IMG/VR virus record: IMGVR_UViG_3300043411_000952
Coordinates: 10,194-74,193 of that record
Length of the DNA: 64,000 nucleotides
Source of the DNA: a virus
Direction: 5' to 3' (one strand)
Shown here one piece after another: positions 28,058 through 36,766 of the stretch (positions are counted from its first letter, which is position 1; each line of letters opens with the position of its first letter). The position numbers were made by a program, and so were the translations under genes. The notes under the pieces were generated by a model. It was not told where the DNA came from. It saw only the letters and a list, made by a program, of their open reading frames with translations, and ran no database searches.

Positions 28058-30642
28058 CTCCTACGAGAGAGTCCAAGATTAACATGGACGTTCTGAAACG
28101 AGGGTATTCTCAATTACCTAATGCCTTAAGTGTAATGGGGTTTTCTCAGTTACGCCCAGGGCAAGAGCCGGTAATCGTAAATATTATGGCGCAGAGAGAT
28201 ACTCTATGTATTCTCCCGACGTCAACAGGAAAGACTGCCTGCTTTGTAATTCCGACTTTATGTCTTGGTTGGCGGTCTATTATATTTTCGCCTCTGGTCG
28301 CGCTTATGCGGGATCAAGTCCAAAGCTTAACAGCTAAAGGGATTAAGGCGCAAGCTATATCCTCCATGCAGACAGAAGCGGAGAACCAAGCAGCCATGAA
28401 ACGCTGGGCGGAAGGAGAGCTTCAATTTATTTATGTAGCGCCTGAAAGGCTGCACAATGAAACCTTTAAAGAAGCCATGACTCGCGTACCTCCGGACGCG
28501 GTGATAATGGACGAGTGTTTTACGCCTGATGTAGAAATTTTAACTGAAAATGGTTTTGTTCGTTTCGATTCTTTGGAAGAAGGAGTAGAAGTAGCACAAT
28601 TTAGCACGGTTAACAATAGTATAAGTTTTGCAAAGCCTGTTGAATATATTTGCAGAGAGCATTCAGGTCGTATGATTCGTTTACATTCAGATCGCCTTTG
28701 CGATTTGGATATGACTCCAAATCATGAGCTTGTAGCTAGATACGTAGGCGGATTTAAGAAAGAATCTGTAGATAATATAAGTCTAAATTCTTATAAAAGT
28801 TTACCAGCTTCTGGTATTTCGTCTTTTGAGGGTCTAGATGATCTGACACCTGAAGAGCGATTAATGATCGCTTTTCAGGCTGATGGTAGTTTTCATGCAG
28901 AGAAAAAGTCAGGTTTGCATACTTTATCTTTTTCTTTTAAGAAGAAACGTAAAATCGATAGATTCTTGCAATTAATGCAAGATGGTGCATTTAAATGGTC
29001 AGAAGTAAAAACTAAAAATAACTATAGAAGATTCTTAGTTTTTGATATTGCTAATGCTTCTAAATATCTTAAAGATAATTTTTCCGTAAACAAATTTAGT
29101 TATAAAAAGGCTGTAAGGTTTATAGAAGAAGTAGTTGCGTGGGATGGCTCTAAATTGACATATAATACGCATTATTATTCTTCTAAGGTTAAAGATAATA
29201 CTGATTTTGTACAAAGTATTTGTATATTAGCTAATTATAAGTCTAATAATATTGTACAGGAAGATAAAAGGAAAAAGACTTTTTCCACCATGTACAGATT
29301 ATTTATATCTATGTATGTATCTGATATTGGCGCGCAACAATTGAATAAAACTGAATTTAATTATACTGGTAAAGTATATTGTGTGCGCGTACCCACTGGC
29401 AATATTATTGTGCGGCGTAAAGGCAAGCCTTTGGTTGTAGGTAATTGCCACTGCCTTTCTCAGTGGTCTGATAATTTTAGATCTAGTTATTGCCTTGTGG
29501 GTGATTTCATCCGAGAAAAGAACCCCAAGGTTGTAGCCGCATTTACAGCCACCTGCCCGGATGAAGTCGAGGCTGATATTCGGCGCGTTCTACATTTGGA
29601 GAATGCGCAGAAACTCGCGTACTACGCGCGCAGATCTAACCTTCACCTGAAGAGTGAGAATATGCTGAGCGAGACACAAATTGCGGATTTTGTATCTGGT
29701 GTGGACGGGCCTGTTATTGTTTACTGCGCTACTATAAATAAAGTAGAGCATACAGCTAAGCAATTAATGTCTGCACTACGGGAAGATGTAATTATTTTCC
29801 ATGGAGAGCTGGCACCTACGGATAAACGCGTTAATCAAGACATGTTCATGAATGATAAGATTCGTGTTATGGTTGCGACTAATGCTTTTGGTATGGGAGT
29901 GGACAAGGGTAATATACGTGGTGTAGTCCACAGGGATATTCCCGGGTCACTAGAAGCGTTAGCACAAGAAGTTGGACGCGCAGGGCGTGATGAGAAGGAT
30001 TCTGTTTGTAAGACTTTCTATTCTCCAGATAGTTACAATACACAGAAATTCTTTATAGAGTGCAGTTATCCTTCCAGGTCTGAGATTAATTCTGTTCTGC
30101 GCGTACTTAACCTCGCGGCTGATAGTAATGGTATATCACAACTCACCATTAGCGATATCGCGAAGAAGACTAATTTATTTAGTCGTAAAGTACCTGCCAT
30201 TCTAGAAGTTCTTAAGTCTAATAAAATTGTAGAACGAGAAAAGAACGGCGAGAAAATCGCTAAGATCAGACTAGACGAGAATACACCGGAAGATGACTCT
30301 AGATTTGATTTATGGTGGAATACTATTCTAGAGTATGGTATGGAAGAAGATGGATTTTTCCATATTGATTTGAATTGGTTCTCAGACCACATAGGGTTAG
30401 GTTATCAAACTGTAACTAACCATTTTAAGAAATGGGACGAGCAATCTGTAATTAGATTTGTTCCTCCGTATCGCGGCTCGGCTACAAAGATTATAGGGTC
30501 TATAGATCAAATTGACTTTGATCGGCTTTCTATTAAAGCAGCAAGAGCACACGAAAAGCTTGACCAGGTGTTGGGATATATTAAAACACCTGATAATGAC
30601 AAGCACAGTTATTTAGAAACATACTTTCAAGTTATTAATTAA
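28042..30642 (+). CDS. recQ: RecQ-family helicase with intein
   Basis: LRPGQ, LPTSTGKT, SPLVALMRDQV, YVAPERL, DE|CHC, SQW, TAT, ATNAFGMGVDK, QEVGRAGRD. Confidence 0.92.
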   Translation: MSEVVTPTRESKINMDVLKRGYSQLPNALSVMGFSQLRPGQEPVIVNIMAQRDTLCILPTSTGKTACFVIPTLCLGWRSIIFSPLVALMRDQVQSLTAKGIKAQAISSMQTEAENQAAMKRWAEGELQFIYVAPERLHNETFKEAMTRVPPDAVIMDECFTPDVEILTENGFVRFDSLEEGVEVAQFSTVNNSISFAKPVEYICREHSGRMIRLHSDRLCDLDMTPNHELVARYVGGFKKESVDNISLNSYKSLPASGISSFEGLDDLTPEERLMIAFQADGSFHAEKKSGLHTLSFSFKKKRKIDRFLQLMQDGAFKWSEVKTKNNYRRFLVFDIANASKYLKDNFSVNKFSYKKAVRFIEEVVAWDGSKLTYNTHYYSSKVKDNTDFVQSICILANYKSNNIVQEDKRKKTFSTMYRLFISMYVSDIGAQQLNKTEFNYTGKVYCVRVPTGNIIVRRKGKPLVVGNCHCLSQWSDNFRSSYCLVGDFIREKNPKVVAAFTATCPDEVEADIRRVLHLENAQKLAYYARRSNLHLKSENMLSETQIADFVSGVDGPVIVYCATINKVEHTAKQLMSALREDVIIFHGELAPTDKRVNQDMFMNDKIRVMVATNAFGMGVDKGNIRGVVHRDIPGSLEALAQEVGRAGRDEKDSVCKTFYSPDSYNTQKFFIECSYPSRSEINSVLRVLNLAADSNGISQLTISDIAKKTNLFSRKVPAILEVLKSNKIVEREKNGEKIAKIRLDENTPEDDSRFDLWWNTILEYGMEEDGFFHIDLNWFSDHIGLGYQTVTNHFKKWDEQSVIRFVPPYRGSATKIIGSIDQIDFDRLSIKAARAHEKLDQVLGYIKTPDNDKHSYLETYFQVIN
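28516..29445 (+). mobile_element. Intein in RecQ DExH motif (310 aa) with LAGLIDADG domain
   Basis: Starts CFTPDVEILT, MTPNHE, AFQADGS and AWDGS, VYCVRVPTG, ends VVGN followed by Cys. Confidence 0.92.
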
Positions 30643-30644
30643 AT

Positions 30645-31055
30645 ATGAATCAGGAACTACCTGCAGTAGCACAACAGGCATTTAGGTTATTGAGTAGCCT
30701 ACCTCCTCCCACTGAAGTTATAACTTCTATCACGCATTCACCTTGTGTAGCGTGTGGCAGGCAAAAGCATCTGACCGATTTTAAAATTTATGATTCTGGT
30801 GTCGTCACTAATGTGATGGAGCCGCTTTGTAAGCTTTGCATTGGTACATATAAAGAGTGCTCTAAGATAGTATGTTGTAAGTGCAGGATGGTTATGGGCT
30901 GGCTAGATCCGCACCATGATAACGATGGTTTTACTTTTGAAAAAAATCATTCTTATCATATTCAAGCTTGCCCTAACTGTACTCCTGGTTTATTGAAAGC
31001 TGACTTGATAGAAAAAATTATTTACCTTCAAAGAAAACAAAAAGGACTTATATGA
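30645..31055 (+). CDS. Cys-rich zinc-binding protein
   Basis: Four CxxC pairs. Confidence 0.65.
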   Translation: MNQELPAVAQQAFRLLSSLPPPTEVITSITHSPCVACGRQKHLTDFKIYDSGVVTNVMEPLCKLCIGTYKECSKIVCCKCRMVMGWLDPHHDNDGFTFEKNHSYHIQACPNCTPGLLKADLIEKIIYLQRKQKGLI

Positions 31056-31639
31056 GCACACGCGTATCCAGTATACAATCTCCAGGCGCATTGATTAAAC
31101 CAAAGCGCGAGAACATTAAGAAAACCGAAGCATTCAGCATGAAGCCGCCTCTTGTAGAGGCCGATCCTGAAGGCGGAGACAATCATAAATATTTATGTAA
31201 ATTTGTTTCAAACAACTACCGTGAGGTAAAACAAGTTTGTACTTTTGATGTATGGAAAAGATGTGAAGGCCGACAGACTCCCGGTAGAGTACGGGACGGA
31301 CTTGATTCTAGATTGCATAATGACTTTGTAATCATTCAGGACAAGGATGGTAAAGTCATCGACATTGATGTTATTCCTAAAACTTATTATGCCAGTAAGG
31401 CAGTACTTCCTGATCACTTACAAGGTAAGGAAGATATAGTTCTAAAGGTAAATTCCAAGACTGGCGGTGTTGAGGTTACTCAATGTCCTGCTGGTGTTAA
31501 TAAGGCTAATATATTGAAATTAATTAACTCCATTGATGCTGTTGATTCTGTTTCTACTGGTGACTCCCTCCCAGGCGGGTTCGAGGTTTTGAACGTGTCT
31601 GGTAACCAGGTTTCTGTTGTTTCTACCGCCCGCAATTAA
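31052..31639 (+). CDS. Hypothetical protein
   Basis: 195 aa ORF, ATGA overlap. Confidence 0.65.
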   Translation: MSTRVSSIQSPGALIKPKRENIKKTEAFSMKPPLVEADPEGGDNHKYLCKFVSNNYREVKQVCTFDVWKRCEGRQTPGRVRDGLDSRLHNDFVIIQDKDGKVIDIDVIPKTYYASKAVLPDHLQGKEDIVLKVNSKTGGVEVTQCPAGVNKANILKLINSIDAVDSVSTGDSLPGGFEVLNVSGNQVSVVSTARN

Positions 31640-31659
31640 TTTGTAATACGACGTCATGT

Positions 31660-31679
31660 TGTGTTATAAATAATTGTGG
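31660..31679 (+). promoter_or_regulatory. Phage promoter motif copy 3
   Basis: TGTGTTATAAATAATTGTGG. Confidence 0.7.
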
Positions 31680-31705
31680 ACCGCTCACATATTATCACCA
31701 CTTCC

Positions 31706-31824
31706 ACGGGTGCAGTTACTCTTGCAGTAGCTGCACCCGTCTTCATTTCTTTTATCGGCCTAGTTTCTACGCTATGGCCGATAATACCAATTTTAACCGT
31801 GGGCTCCATCTGGTTCGCGGTTAA
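31706..31824 (+). ncRNA. Three tandem strong hairpins (structured leader or small RNA)
   Basis: Stems 31706-31720/31726-31740, 31752-31760/31776-31784, 31793-31804/31813-31824. Confidence 0.55.
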
Positions 31825-31835
31825 CAACAAAGGCC

Positions 31836-32753
31836 ATGACAACAACAACAACAACAAGGGCGGGCAATCCCCCGCAGAAAAACAAGGTAGAGGAGACCGT
31901 GCTTAGCCACGCTCCTTTGCAGAGGCAGGGGAAGGCACAGCAGGAATGCTGGGCTAACTTCGGTCTGTCGTTCCAAGCGCAGGGAGGTAAGGCCTTCCTG
32001 CAGCCAGGTCAGTTCTTGCCAGTGTGGAGTCGCACTGGTTCTCAGTGGCGTTGTAAAACGCCGTGCCGTCTGGATGTTGTGTCTGCCTTCGTCATAGAGG
32101 GTCGATACATGATCCGTGGTGGAGATAGTAAGTTGTCGTCCCACCCTGAAATTCAGGACTGGGGAGATGACACGCCTCCCGTAAGGGGGCAGGCGTCGGA
32201 ACTTCGCTTTCCGGGCGGCGTCAGGAGAGTTAATCCCAGTAATCTACCCATGCTTGCGTCAAACGCGGGCAACTACGAAGGCCGCGCCATAACGGCAAAA
32301 GCCTTCCACGATGGGTTTAACTCCGCAACCCTGTATACGGGCTGCCCGATCGAGCTAGTTTGTCGCTTTGACCAAGTGCCAAACAACCTACCTCTTACTG
32401 CGCGCACCATCATCGATGTTGTACGCGGCGATACGGCTTGTGGGTGGTCATTACCCATACCCATGGTGCTGTCCAACGAAGAGGAAGTAGTCCTAAAAGA
32501 CTACCCTCAAAACTGGACAAAGGCGCTGGAGGTTATGCTGTCTTACTTTGGCGTTGCTGAGGTGGGTATCATGTACACAGCATCGGGCGAGGAATTGGTA
32601 GAGGACATCAGCCACGACAGACCGAACGAGGTCTATCGTAATGCCCTCATCAAAGGAGACTTGGGGTTCAGCACGCTGGATCCTAGCCTGTATGAGCGGA
32701 TGCTGCCGTTCTCTACGGGCAACTTCGACGCTTCACTCATCTCAGGAGTCTAG
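31836..32753 (+). CDS. Hypothetical protein (accessory cassette)
   Basis: 305 aa GC-richer ORF between promoter motif and terminator. Confidence 0.65.
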   Translation: MTTTTTTRAGNPPQKNKVEETVLSHAPLQRQGKAQQECWANFGLSFQAQGGKAFLQPGQFLPVWSRTGSQWRCKTPCRLDVVSAFVIEGRYMIRGGDSKLSSHPEIQDWGDDTPPVRGQASELRFPGGVRRVNPSNLPMLASNAGNYEGRAITAKAFHDGFNSATLYTGCPIELVCRFDQVPNNLPLTARTIIDVVRGDTACGWSLPIPMVLSNEEEVVLKDYPQNWTKALEVMLSYFGVAEVGIMYTASGEELVEDISHDRPNEVYRNALIKGDLGFSTLDPSLYERMLPFSTGNFDASLISGV

Positions 32754-32761
32754 CGTTATTA

Positions 32762-32801
32762 AAGAGCTCGCGGATAACCACCGCGCCTCTTTTTTACCTA
32801 T
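32762..32801 (+). terminator. Terminator ending in TTTTTACCTAT
   Basis: Imperfect AGAG..CGCGG / CCGCG..CTCT stem plus T run. Confidence 0.7.
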
Positions 32802-32829
32802 TAGCCCTGCAGGCGATAGCTATACTTAT

Positions 32830-32849
32830 TGTGCTATATATAATTGTAA
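32830..32849 (+). promoter_or_regulatory. Phage promoter motif copy 4
   Basis: TGTGCTATATATAATTGTAA. Confidence 0.78.
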
Positions 32850-32885
32850 CCCCCTATTTACATACAATGTGATTCGGGGATTTTC

Positions 32886-32912
32886 ACAACAACAACAACA
32901 ACAACAACAACA
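32886..32912 (+). repeat. (CAA)n tract in 5' leader
   Basis: About 8 CAA units ending about 10 nt before ATG 32923. Confidence 0.85.
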
Positions 32913-32922
32913 CATTAGTATT

Positions 32923-33135
32923 ATGAAATTCGTAGTAACATTTGTAGTATTGGTCGGCGTCGTCTACGCCATCGCGTACAGGAATGCTCTGGCCGTGGGC
33001 ATAACCCACGAACAAGCCGTGGCCTTCTGGAAGCTTCAGGTCATGTGGGTCATGGGCATCGCCGCCACTTTTATTGTAGGCGCGACAGTCTACGCCAAAA
33101 TAAAAAGCAGATCCAGCAGATCAAAGGCAAAGTAA
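32923..33135 (+). CDS. Small two-TM membrane protein
   Basis: Two hydrophobic stretches and a basic C-terminus. Confidence 0.65.
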   Translation: MKFVVTFVVLVGVVYAIAYRNALAVGITHEQAVAFWKLQVMWVMGIAATFIVGATVYAKIKSRSSRSKAK

Positions 33136-33146
33136 AAGCCTCTACG

Positions 33147-33176
33147 AGGAGACCTTCGGGTCTCTTTTTTACCTAT
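33147..33176 (+). terminator. Terminator ending in TTTTTACCTAT
   Basis: AGGAGACC-TTCG-GGTCTCTT plus T run. Confidence 0.85.
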
Positions 33177-33222
33177 CAGTTTTTGCTTTTTTTTAGATAT
33201 CAAGTAAATTATCTTTCACTAT

Positions 33223-34911
33223 ATGCAGCAAAATATTGAGCCAGAAGAAGAGTTACCAAAAGGAGTTATCCTGCGCGACTTTGACGACTTCACCACACTA
33301 CGCAATCAAATTTTTGATGGCGTAAAGAATTCCATGATTAAATCATTTCCTGTTAATTATGGAAGTGTCAGAATGGAATTACACGATGTGGACTATGATG
33401 ATAGAGATGACGTGCCTGTGTCCGAGCAAAAGAAAAACTTACTTGAGAACAAATACATAACTAAAAAATTGAGAGGCACATTAAAGTTATTTGATAATAC
33501 TAATGATCAGATGTTAGAAGAGAAGCGTATTTCATTAATGAAGGTACCGTACCTTACTAATAGAGGTACATTTATTCACGGAGGTAATGAGTACGCATCG
33601 ATCATGCAGTCTCGCCTTCTTCCCGGTGTGTATACGCGCAGGCAGGAGAATGGAGAGCTTGAGACGCAGTTCAATGTTAAGCCAGGCACCGGTATAGGTT
33701 TTCGTGTTGGATTTGAACCTGAGACTACTCAGTATAGAGTAAAGATTTCTCAAGCTAATCTGCACTTATACAGTCTATTAAAAGATCTCGGTACAGATGA
33801 CAAAGAGTTAGAGAAAGCTTGGGGGCCTGAAATTTTACGTGCGAATCAAATGAAATACGACACACGCGTATTTGATAAAGCTTATGATCGCCTTGTTTCT
33901 GCGCGTCAAAAGAAGGTAGATAAGACGCGCGAAGAAAAAGTTAATTCTTTAAAGAATGCTTTTGAAGCTGCGCAGATTCATGCCCGCGTAGCGCAAAAGA
34001 ATCTACCTAATATGTTTGATCCTAAGGTGGCAGCAGAATGGGAAGCTAGATGGTATGGTAAACAAGCGGCGGAAAAAGTTGTTGATGAAATACCTTTTGC
34101 GCCTGACTTAGAACCTGAACAGGTTTATGAGAATTATTTTGATGAGGATACTGGTGTTAAATCAGCGGCAGACATGCACGCATTAATGCAGGCGAGAAGA
34201 CATAGCTCGCAGGCTAAAGAAGAATATAAAAAGAAGACGGCTATTATGGCAGCAGCTTTAGCTAGGTATCCAGATGAGTTCATTGTGGATCAGAACGGGC
34301 GTATGTCCGGTATTACTCATTTACCTACAGGCTTTAGAATTCATGTACCTAGAGAAGTAATTCCTCAAGGTGTTAGAAGAGTTTTCCAGGAGGATGAAGA
34401 AGATGACGATCCTGAAGTAGGCAAGATAGCTACCGCATTAGCGGAGGCTGGGGCATCTGTGCCTGTTAAGGAGAAATTAAAGGATGCTTATATAATTAAA
34501 GGTAATCCTGAAGTCATGGGTAAAGACATAGGTAAGTATGATGAATTTTACAATGCTGTAGCCAATGTTTTACAGCAGAAAGGACTGTCTGTAGGTTTTG
34601 ATGCTGGCTTACCGCACACGTTACCGCCCGGAGGTAAGTATTGGATTGGCCACAGTAGAGGTATAGGGCGTTTGCGGTTCGCGCCAGAAGGAGTTAAAAC
34701 TTTAAGGCTAGATGACTTCGAACCAGAGGAGACGCGCCTGGCTAACGAGGCGGCAGCAGCCGCCATAATGAAAGAATTAGGCGTCAGTAGCTTTGCGGAT
34801 GTACCGGTAGAAAAGCGTAGAGCCCCTGGTCCTGAACATTATACATTAAATGACGAAGCCATAGCGGCATTACAGGCCTTAGTAGACCAGGAGGATGAAG
34901 AAGATGAATAA
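33223..34911 (+). CDS. RNA polymerase beta-like subunit, N-terminal fragment, with unrelated C-terminal extension
   Basis: KVPYLTNRGTFIHGGNEYASIMQSRLLPGVY matches the beta motif IPLMTxxGTFIINGxERVIVSQLxRSPGV. Confidence 0.8.
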   Translation: MQQNIEPEEELPKGVILRDFDDFTTLRNQIFDGVKNSMIKSFPVNYGSVRMELHDVDYDDRDDVPVSEQKKNLLENKYITKKLRGTLKLFDNTNDQMLEEKRISLMKVPYLTNRGTFIHGGNEYASIMQSRLLPGVYTRRQENGELETQFNVKPGTGIGFRVGFEPETTQYRVKISQANLHLYSLLKDLGTDDKELEKAWGPEILRANQMKYDTRVFDKAYDRLVSARQKKVDKTREEKVNSLKNAFEAAQIHARVAQKNLPNMFDPKVAAEWEARWYGKQAAEKVVDEIPFAPDLEPEQVYENYFDEDTGVKSAADMHALMQARRHSSQAKEEYKKKTAIMAAALARYPDEFIVDQNGRMSGITHLPTGFRIHVPREVIPQGVRRVFQEDEEDDDPEVGKIATALAEAGASVPVKEKLKDAYIIKGNPEVMGKDIGKYDEFYNAVANVLQQKGLSVGFDAGLPHTLPPGGKYWIGHSRGIGRLRFAPEGVKTLRLDDFEPEETRLANEAAAAAIMKELGVSSFADVPVEKRRAPGPEHYTLNDEAIAALQALVDQEDEEDE

Positions 34912-35635
34912 AAAAAAGTATTATCACGGCTCTCCAAATAAAGGTATAGAAGTTTTAAGAGAGGGATCCTACATTACTCCAGATATGTCCATTGCTAGGT
35001 TGATGGGGCTATACCATATGGACACCGGCAAAACCTGGGATGATTCAGATTTAGAAGAGGCGCACTTTTTAGGTACTGAACCAAAATGGAAGAAAGAACC
35101 AAAAGGTGAACCTGATATTTATGAATTGGAATTAGACGAGGAAGATATAGATACTTTGGATAATCCTTACGAGCACAAATTAAAAAAAGAAAAGCGTGTG
35201 ACTAAACATAAAAAAGAAGCGTCCACAGCAGATTTCATACCAGACTATAAACCTGAAGATATCCAGGATTCATACAACGCCATATACGGGCACTACGGTC
35301 CCAGGCTAGCATCCATGGATAAATGGCCAGACGAGTGGATTAATAAAGATGTCGACAGTATGGGCTGGCTCCAATGGTACGAGCAGTACAAAGCTGGTCG
35401 TAGAACAGAAGATGACGACAGACAGATTAAAAGATGGAAATCATTTAAAGCCAGGCATGGTTCCCAATTTAAAAAGAATCCAACTCCTCGTCGGGCTTTC
35501 GCGTTACGTAACTGGGCTATAGACCCTCTTAAGTTGATTGATGACGAGGAAGTACGTGGACAACTAGCTAAAGCTATGGAAACTTATAAGCAGACAGCCT
35601 GGGATAAGTACAATAGTAATAATTATATCACATGA
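34895..35635 (+). CDS. Two-domain protein: YHGS ADP-ribosyltransferase-like N-terminus plus GWxQWY/RQIxRW domain
   Basis: KKYYHGS...SYIT.D...A; SMGWLQWYEQYKAGRR..DD.RQIKRW. Confidence 0.5.
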   Translation: MKKMNKKKYYHGSPNKGIEVLREGSYITPDMSIARLMGLYHMDTGKTWDDSDLEEAHFLGTEPKWKKEPKGEPDIYELELDEEDIDTLDNPYEHKLKKEKRVTKHKKEASTADFIPDYKPEDIQDSYNAIYGHYGPRLASMDKWPDEWINKDVDSMGWLQWYEQYKAGRRTEDDDRQIKRWKSFKARHGSQFKKNPTPRRAFALRNWAIDPLKLIDDEEVRGQLAKAMETYKQTAWDKYNSNNYIT

Positions 35636-36765
35636 TCACGACAGCATTATCATTAATGGGAGGCCCTCCTGCTATATCTGATGCCGGGATTATGCCACCT
35701 TTATTAGGAGCTGCTGGTTTATTTACTATGGCTCCTGCGCTGACTGCCCAACCGTTACAACATTACGGACAAGGACAGGAGATTAAAAGTTTTGATGCTT
35801 TCAAGCGGCTGATGCGCCCTGGTGATATTTTAATATCTGGAGATAAAAAAATTCTTCCTATACCCACTGGAGTTAATTTGGTCACTGGTAATCCTAACGG
35901 TCAACATGTTAGCGTTGTACATAACGCGCGAAAAAACTGGGATATAGACTCACACCCTTATTACGGATTTAATAGTACAAGCGGAAATATACATAAGGAT
36001 CATAATCTGCAAATATTGAGATTTAATGATGCGGCGACTAAGAATAATGTTCTTAGGGGTATGCGTAGAATGGAGCGCTCGGTAAATATTTTTGAAGAGG
36101 AAGTTAAAAAAATGTTAATAAATAAAGGTTGGCCTAGCGCTGCGGCTACAATTCAGGCCCAGTCCGCAGCGTCCGCTTTATACGACACACCCGCAGGGAT
36201 AAAGGCGGGGTTAAAGGATTTGTTCCTTCCTAATCTTTCGTCCGCTGCTTCTATTAAAAATTTAAATAATGAAAATTTCTCTGGGACTAGAAATTTCATG
36301 CAGAACGCAAAATCGTATGCTCATGCTATGGCTGATCTAATCGATACAGACCCGTCAGGTAATAAATTAAGCATAGCGGATTTTAGAAAGGTTTTACCTA
36401 AATATTCTGGCGGTGTTTGTTCCTCTATGCCCGCTATTTTAGGTAAGGCCGACATAACACCAGGCACGGCTGCCCGAGATATACTTACGTCTGATTATTT
36501 AAAATCGGATGCCTTGACACCTATAGCTAGATATATGGGGGGTAAGCCGGAAGGTTTTTTAAATAATGCGTATTTCGCTATGATGGCCAGAGCGCCTAAA
36601 ACTCTCCGCGCTTTGCCTGGACTAGGTTTACTAGGAACTGGTTTAGGCTTAGCATTTGCCAACCGAAACCGTAGACTAGAAACCGATATCTTAAATAATA
36701 ATAATCTCAAGAACACGGCTGCGCTTACCGCTCTTCTAGATAACATTAGGAATGCTAAATCTTAA
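35632..36765 (+). CDS. Permuted papain-like (YiiX/NlpC-P60-type) protein
   Basis: MRPGDILIS, QHVSVVH (His first) and VCSS (Cys later). Confidence 0.55.
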   Translation: MITTALSLMGGPPAISDAGIMPPLLGAAGLFTMAPALTAQPLQHYGQGQEIKSFDAFKRLMRPGDILISGDKKILPIPTGVNLVTGNPNGQHVSVVHNARKNWDIDSHPYYGFNSTSGNIHKDHNLQILRFNDAATKNNVLRGMRRMERSVNIFEEEVKKMLINKGWPSAAATIQAQSAASALYDTPAGIKAGLKDLFLPNLSSAASIKNLNNENFSGTRNFMQNAKSYAHAMADLIDTDPSGNKLSIADFRKVLPKYSGGVCSSMPAILGKADITPGTAARDILTSDYLKSDALTPIARYMGGKPEGFLNNAYFAMMARAPKTLRALPGLGLLGTGLGLAFANRNRRLETDILNNNNLKNTAALTALLDNIRNAKS

Positions 36766-36766
36766 C

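Noticed and set aside
31676-31906. 76-aa membrane protein ORF
   Set aside because: Its start lies within the promoter motif, and the sequence is better explained by three strong hairpins and a CAA tract
32641-32922. Poly-Gln N-terminal extension of ORF 32641-33135
   Set aside because: It spans a terminator and a promoter motif; the CAA run is a leader and the likely start is 32923
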